Of a DNA stretch of 64,000 nt, positions 50,801 through 64,000 are shown in pieces. The stretch is taken from positions 652,759 to 716,758 of the forward strand of contig CM082593.2 of the NCBI GenBank assembly GCA_040954595.2. Reading direction: 5' to 3'. The notes below the pieces were generated by a model. The model saw only the letters and a program-made list of their open reading frames with translations, was not told the DNA's origin and made no database searches. Positions within the stretch are counted from its first letter, which is position 1; every line of letters starts with the position of its first letter. The translations under genes were made by a program, and so were the position numbers. This DNA is from Balanoglossus misakiensis. Lineage: Eukaryota; Animalia; Hemichordata.

Positions 50801-53800
50801 GTACGGCTGCATAAGTTCAGCAAGCACTGAATATTCAAACCATTTTGACTAATGAGATACCACTGCAATTCTCACTTTTATATGTCCAAACTTGATTAGC
50901 ATGCATGTGGGATATTGTCTCAGCCTGTTAGCACATCATTAGACGAACAGGCTTAGATCATGTACATAGATAGCAATCACTTTGAAGAGATATATGGATC
51001 CGGTTGACCATAGATGTTTAAATGGGAATGCTCCGATTGCAAGTTTATTTCCTCTCTGGAATTTAATGATAGCGGAGAGATTAAGGCTGATGGAGTTGTA
51101 ATTATCTACGGATTGTATTAATTCAATTGTGAGGTAAGTGAAGGCAGGACTTGGATGTAAAGTTGGTTGTACGAAGATGTGAATTCCGTCTTGCAAATAT
51201 TGACCATGCAAGCAAATCTAACAGGAACAAAAGGAACATATTGAATGCAACTGATTCATTAATATTTCAGTAAGGACATATTATTTGTGATCGGTTTGGA
51301 CACTGCGCATACTTTCCATTCCCTGTGAACCAATGTTTGTTAATGATATTCTATTTGCAAAGGTTCTGACCTTATTTGTTCAACATTGTAAATTTGCACA
51401 AGCAAATTATGGTTCATTACAGCTTAAATTATTAACTGGGAAATCCTGGGGGAGTTAGACCGCAAACGCAGTAATTATCTCGTTTCATGCATACAGGGAA
51501 TATATACTTGGCAAACTTTCTATGAATAATTGCAATCTCCACGTTAAGAATACTGTGACTTGTTATATTAAAGAGATTGTTTAAGTCGCTCACAGTAGCA
51601 AACCTGAGCACTCGTTTTTAAAAGGAAGCATCACTCAATAAAGATGTAAGTTTCTGTGTGCCTCACTTTCTCCCCAAGGACAAAGCGTGGTCAAGATAGA
51701 GACATTTCGTTTAAACGCAATTACCGATGGTCTGTTTGCTCCGAGACTGTGTGCATACTGTATTAGAATGGCAGAATGATAGGCAATCTCTGATGTCATT
51801 GATCAAAGTTTCAAATTTCAGCTGGCTCCATCTTCTTCACTCGAAGAAACGTAAATGGAGAATTTAGTGTGATACTTCTGTGTATACAAGTCATATTGGA
51901 TCGATAATATCCTGTGTGTTTTTCCTGACATCGGGTTAAAATCGCCATTGGCTCTGCCCAATACCAGTCATGTTAACTTGTCTGGATGGAATTAACACAC
52001 AAAGTGAAGGTGAAAGAGTCCAAATGGCACAAAACTTTTATAGTTATGTATAAATTATATTTCATCTTATCTATCATATTGAAAACACAAAGTGGCTACA
52101 GCCATAACAGATATTTTACAAAGGCAATGGTTAACACATCCTGATTAGCTGTCATTTATATGCTGATATCGTTATCTGCTACATAGACTTGTGACGTGTT
52201 TGCTCGCTTCACTGATCTAAAGGTGTTACAGAACTCCTCATAAGGGATGTAGTTTTATGTCCGCAATGCAATCGGCTGGGATCACTGAGTAAAGACACAG
52301 AAACTGGCCTGCATTCCAAATTGCCATAGTGTTCTGGGGTATAGGAGCCAATTTGGCGGCTGCAGTATATGAACAGAGCGAACCTAGAGTGGTTGATTAC
52401 TGATCCATATAAATCTTTACACTTTTAACATTCTCAGGGTAATTGGGTAGCCAGGGCAGTTCTCAATGCAGTTTTATTGACGAGCTAATTTCCCTTTATC
52501 CCTGTTCAAATTATTGATTTTCATTAAATAGAGTCCAGAAATGGAAATTTGATATATATTTTTAAAAAAAATGTTACAAGACACTAGATTTGCTCAGTAC
52601 AAACATTGTAGGGAATAACTGATACTGAGTGCAAATATGTCAATATCCGATGATGAGAATATAATATTGCATTGCACACAGAAACATAAGTGCTAAAGCA
52701 TCACAAAATGACATGAAAAAGTGTAAATGGACATCAACAGAGAATATTACTTATCAGCTTTCTGCTTGTATACTCCTAAGATCAACTTTCATATTATTTT
52801 ATGTGGGATAAAAGAGAGACTGAGAGATAAGAAAATTGATGCAGCTAAGATAGGTGTGTTAAGTGAACTGATGCAAATGGAAAATTGGCTGTGACTACAT
52901 GGGCCTTGGGAATACATGCATCTTTGTTATTAAGAAAACTATCCCTATTCTAGAGGGAATTGTTATTCATTTTCTGGAGACCTCCTCAGTGATATTATTG
53001 GAAATTATTGTGCTTTAACAATATTTCTAGGAATTGATGGCATTTCAACCAGCTCTCTGGTAGTGTTTATGTCAAATTGATGTGGACAGAGTTTTGATAG
53101 ACTGGGACTAAGATTTCCCAAATAAGAAGATCTAACTGCATTATTTCACCTGCTGTGGAATTTGTGTGATAAATAATTTCCCCACATAATAAGGTTTATT
53201 CTATAAATAGTGTTGTACAGTGGAGGATCTTTTATTGTAGATGTGTGGATTTATTTATAACTACAAATTATTGGTAGCGGTGAAAATTGAAATGTGCTAT
53301 TTTTGGTGATGTGCCTTATCATATGTGGATCAATTGATCAATCATCTATTGTTTACTGATTTATGATTTGACCTATACAACTCTATTCACTAATTTGATT
53401 TTCCCCATTTTCCGATGCTGTTCTCCAGGAGTGTCTCCAAGATCATGGATGGCAAGGCGCTGGCCAAGGAGATCCGTGCTGAAGTGAAGATAGAAGTGGA
53501 AGAGTGGGTAAGACTTGGCAACCGTGCACCTCATCTGAGTGTTGTCTTGGTTGGTGATGACCCAGCCAGTGCTTCCTATGTCAGAAGTAAAACCAGAGCT
53601 GCTAGATTGGCCGGTATGTATAAAATCAAAGCTTATTCTCTAGAAGTTCCCTAGTCTTCAAAATCTGATTGATATCGGATCACATTCCATCGCTAAGAGA
53701 AACATATGCTGCAGATGTTCATCAAAGAGGAAAAGTGGAAAATTGAAGTGAAATTGAAACTTGCCAAGACACCTGGGCACCCTGTAAACAATTTGATTAA

Positions 53801-55518
53801 CTTCTGATTGATTTTGTTGGCAAGGGCAACACGAAGTCCACCAAAGAAAATTACAATTCCGACCTGAATGAAGGGAAATCGGGAACATGATGAATTAAGT
53901 ACAACTCCATCAATAGAAACATCAGTTTTTCTGATGAGAATTTTATAGACTTGGAAAGTGCAATCACAAGAAATGTGGATAAACTGTTAACCTGTGCTAT
54001 TATGGTAGTCGTTTGGGTGGCTGTGGTTGTAATTGTTCTGACCAGGAAAATAAATTTGGCATTAATTGTGGAATAAATTCATTGGACGTGATGTTAGCAA
54101 GAAACAGGAGCACATCTTGAAGACAGTTTGCTTTCTGAATTGAAAGTGTTGTACAATTTATGATGTTTTTGTGATATTTTAGATCAGGACAGCTTTACAT
54201 GAGATAACATAAGCATCCAAACCTGCAAAGGTGTTAGAAGAAGATTCAACAGATTTACACCTGGGGTTTCATCTTGATTTTAAAATTTATTTCAGGTATT
54301 AGTGCGGAAACAATAAGACGGCCGTCCACAATCACTGAAGATGAGTTACTGTCTTTAATACATTCCCTCAATAAAAACCCTGCTGTGGATGGCATTCTTG
54401 TTCAGCTTCCCGTACCCAGACACATTGATGAAAGAACTATATGTGATTCAGTTCGGCCGGAAAAGGATGTAGACGGGTTCCATGTTATGAACGTAGGCAG
54501 ATTTTGTCTGGATCAGAGAGCCTTGCTGCCGGCCACTCCATATGGAATTATGGAATTAATCAAACGAACAGGTGGGTTTTATAAAATGATTACTGTGTGT
54601 GGATTCAATCTTGATGAGGTTCTTCATTCAGCCTGGGATTTGCCGATAGAGTTCAGCAAAATATTATAATTGAAAGTCAAACTCTAAATTCTTTTTGTTT
54701 GTATGGCCACATCTATGTTTCTTTTATGTCTCAGAACTCTGAAAACAGGAATAAGATTTCCAACTAAAAGAGTCCTCCATTATCTACATGAGTAAATTTA
54801 ACCACTAAGTTATTTCTGATTGCACTAGGCATTGATACAGTTGGGAAAAATGCAGTGGTTTGTGGAAGATCCAAAAATGTTGGCATGCCGATTGCTATGC
54901 TCTTACACACTGATGGCTCACATGGTAAGCACATAACCATTATGATGCTAAATATATCAAGATTAAACATTCTTTGCTTTACTTCTGGTTGTCATATTTT
55001 GCCATTTCTTAATTTCATATTCCATGCCGTATTTTTAACGAAAGTTTGTTGTGCTTTTTTCTTCCCTTTAGACTCAGGGATCGGTGCAGACAGTACAGTT
55101 ACAATCTGTCATCGTAACACTCCTCCAGAGCAATTACGACAGTTTACCAAATCTGCCGACATCTTAGTGGTAGCAGTTGGAATTCCTGGTTTGATAACCG
55201 CTGACATGGTGAAAGAAGGAGTGGTTGTCATTGACGTTGGCATCAACAGAATCACGGATGAAGAAACCGGAAGATACAAACTTGTAGGAGATGTCGATTT
55301 CAAAGGTAAACAAGTTGAAAGAATAACATAATAATTACAACTAACTAGCTACAGGTATATTTCATGTATCTCATGCTGATGCTTTTGTTTTCTTTTCAGC
55401 TGTGCATGAGAAAGCTGGATACATCACCCCTGTACCCGGTGGTGTTGGACCGATGACCGTGGCTATGCTGATGAAAAACACCTTGATGGCAGCCAGGAAA
55501 GATTTCACATACCACTGA
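41869..55518 (+). CDS. MTHFD2: Mitochondrial bifunctional methylenetetrahydrofolate dehydrogenase/cyclohydrolase (MTHFD2/MTHFD2L pro-orthologue)
   Basis: Presequence-like first exon 41869-41963 ([27 protein letters not shown], phase 2) joins in frame to 53429-53613 ([21 protein letters not shown]). Then 54296-54571 ([15 protein letters not shown]), 54829-54924 (GRSKNVGMP), 55072-55305, 55400-55518 ([20 protein letters not shown]). The first-exon link is less certain than the core. Confidence 0.92.
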
Positions 55519-57196
55519 TCCATTTGTATCAAACAAAATACAAGTATGAGATGAACCATTGGGGTGTTTCTAACCTGGACAATCACAGTCCAGATGTGTG
55601 TTAATATGTCTTGTAGACAGGTGTATACAATGTAATGATTGACATTAAATGATTATTTTCCAAATCTGTTATAGAGTAACTTTTAATCAAATTAAACTCT
55701 TCATTGGAAGTTGTGCGAAAACCAGAAATTAACAAATGACTCGTTGCAGAGCTTTTGAAATTGGTTTTCTTCTTTTTACAAATGCATAAACTGAAATGGT
55801 CATGACAGAGGACTTTATTTCCATGATCATAAAGTTGCTTTGTAGAAATTCAATGACATTTATACAAATTTACATCATGACAATCGGACAAAATGCTGAT
55901 GAAGAAACTGTGTGTAAATACCAGAATGTAAATACATGTACACTGTATGGTAAGTTACATAAAAACAAGAGTATTGGTAAGTAGCTTTGTGAGGGCGCTT
56001 TCCTGAGTAGAACAGGCTTCAAATTGAAGTTTACGGAGATCAATCTGATATTTCATGTGCAATTTATTTTGCTCACTGTCAAAGGAAAGAATATATTGGC
56101 TATCCACTGAGTTCAGTCCAGAAAAACTTGTAGAAATTGTAAACTAAAATTGTAAAGTGAATCTATTGTATAGGAAATGGTCAGAAAATATTGATGTTGA
56201 AATAGAGGAAGATGATTCTGTGAGGAGTGATGAGTAACTTTACATTTATTGTGATGCAGGTGTTTCCATGGTGATAACACTTATCAATAGGAATAATATG
56301 AAAGCACACACAAGTCTCTGTAAAATATTTATAAATTGAGTTTAGATGCAGAGTTCTCATATTGAGGTCTATGTAGATACCTTGTTTAGTATTTAGTGAT
56401 TTAGTTATGTTTCTTCCAACAAATTACAGTCATAACAAATTATGAAATGTGCTTGCGAGCACTTTCGCATATTAATTTACACTTAAATGTCAAATGCTAT
56501 ATATTATCCTCAGGAGATAGAGTTTGTGATTGAGTTTTAAAGGGTGACGATACTGCATTTTACGTTAAAAAAAATTAAAGAGCAAAAATTATAATACTAT
56601 TAAATAGCAATATCTGTGTTCAAAGAAGCATCTGTGTAAAGTGTTATGTTTTCAACAATTCTAGCAATTTGTTTTCCTGATGCGATTCTTATGGAGTTCA
56701 GTTTGTTTTTATCGCGAGAAAACGAAGATATAATCTTGTTTTCAACTGTCGCTAAGCTACCCTACTCCATAGCTGACAGGCTAATGACCTCACAAAACGA
56801 GACCGAGAAAAGGTGAGAAAATATTAACAATGGTGGTAGCGACGAACGTGATGAGGGATGGCACAAGCGTACATACAATACTTGCAGAATCGCCGTATAG
56901 TTATTTATTGTTTGTATCTTGTGTGTTTGCTTACTTTTGAAATGTTTATTTTACATTTATTTATTATTATCAATACACTGGATGTTTTCTATATTAATTT
57001 CCCCTCCGTCGCGATTATTTCACGTATCCTATTCAACCACCCCTATAAATAATGGGCGAACCATCTGCACTTTGACCCTGATACAAGATTACGTCATTAT
57101 TTTGAGCAAACTGCGCGAGTAGAGTCGACTTGCTTGGACTTTCTGGAGGAAACTATCTTTTGACGCACTCTGTGGGTGAACTTGCCTTCTACACAC

Positions 57197-62882
<5,686 letters not shown>

Positions 62883-64000
62883 TAATGATCAAATCAACTG
62901 AAGTATATATGTTCTTTCGAAGCTTTACATGATTTTTGGGGGCAATGAACTTCCAGTGTTTGCTTTCATCGCACATTTCTGCAAATATAGACAGCCAGTG
63001 GCCTTGTGTCACTATTTCAAACTGTGCCAATATACTGTGTCGGGTAAAAGATTAATTAGGGTGCTCTGAAACGAGAGATAATATTCAACAAGCTGTATTT
63101 TTACGTTAACCATCGCAGTTGCAGTTTGCCAAGAAATTTCTTGTTCAAGTTTAATTTTGAATCTGTGTCTTCATGAGTTTTGTAGCCAGAGGAATGTGAT
63201 TGGACATTGTTTTATTTCCCGGAAACTGTACACTTTCTGTGAATAACAGGGTAAGGTATCATCTTGTTCAGTGGTTAAAATCAAATTTTCTAAAAAATGG
63301 TCACAGATTGATTTGACATAATTAAGGTTGTTATGTCTATATTTACCGGTACTCAGATATGTTCTAATTGCCAACTTACCTAATTAATCTGCATGTATAT
63401 GTACAGGGAAGAAGCCAGATTGAGTAATGCTTCGTCGCACAACTAGATAATTTTTGTTTGTACATTTGTCAGGATAAGAATAATGTCCCCAAACCCAAGA
63501 GATGAAAAGAGTGAATATAAGAACACGAGATTAACTCATGTGTAGCCAGAATGGGGTCACATAAATACTAGTGCCTTTGAGATTTAATAATGAATGTATG
63601 AAGTATGTAAAACTTATTTTATTGAAAGGTTTATCATGATATGAGATGTTTATTTTAGCTAGGGTGATTTCAGCAATATCTGGAATGTTTCAATCAATGG
63701 AATAATTTTGTCACATGGCCTGAATCAGGCTGTAGCTTTCACAGATGGTGATGGCAAAGAACTCTGATTTCGGATCACTTACAAATTTTGAAAGTATAGG
63801 ACTGTCAAGTTTGAAAGTTGACATTTTGGTCTCATTCTTTGCTCAGATTGTTATAATGAGGACTGGGCTCACATTTTCTTAATTTACATTTAGTAGACTA
63901 AAATCATCTAAAGAAACATTGTGGCCATTTTCAGTAGGGAAATATTTACATTTTGCTATTTCATGAATTTTAATAGCGTGATTTAATCTGAATTCACATC

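Overview
This is intron-rich, AT-rich animal DNA from a gene-dense region, most likely a marine invertebrate bilaterian; the species cannot be fixed from the sequence. I assembled nine spliced protein-coding genes by hand from GT-AG junctions. In order: a divergent nicotinic acetylcholine receptor alpha-type subunit (-); an unrecognised myristoylated/palmitoylated acidic disordered protein with BASP1/GAP-43-like architecture (-); a RUFY1/2/3 orthologue with three alternative first coding exons (+); Pinhead (+); ADMP (+); CHCHD1 (-); METTL14 (+); MTHFD2, with an ~11.5 kb first intron (+); and ETNPPL/PHYKPL (+). Highlights: (1) the Pinhead-ADMP tandem carries an exact Mad/Medea activating element upstream of Pinhead and an exact Mad/Medea/Schnurri silencer element upstream of ADMP; (2) a 78-aa hydrophobic ORF overlaps the start codon of the RUFY3-like exon; (3) the nAChR has lost all three acidic pore rings; (4) the GAP-43/BASP1-like orphan lies head-to-head with RUFY. 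No rRNA, tRNA, CRISPR array or intact transposon was seen. Exon coordinates were counted by hand and may be off by a base or two.
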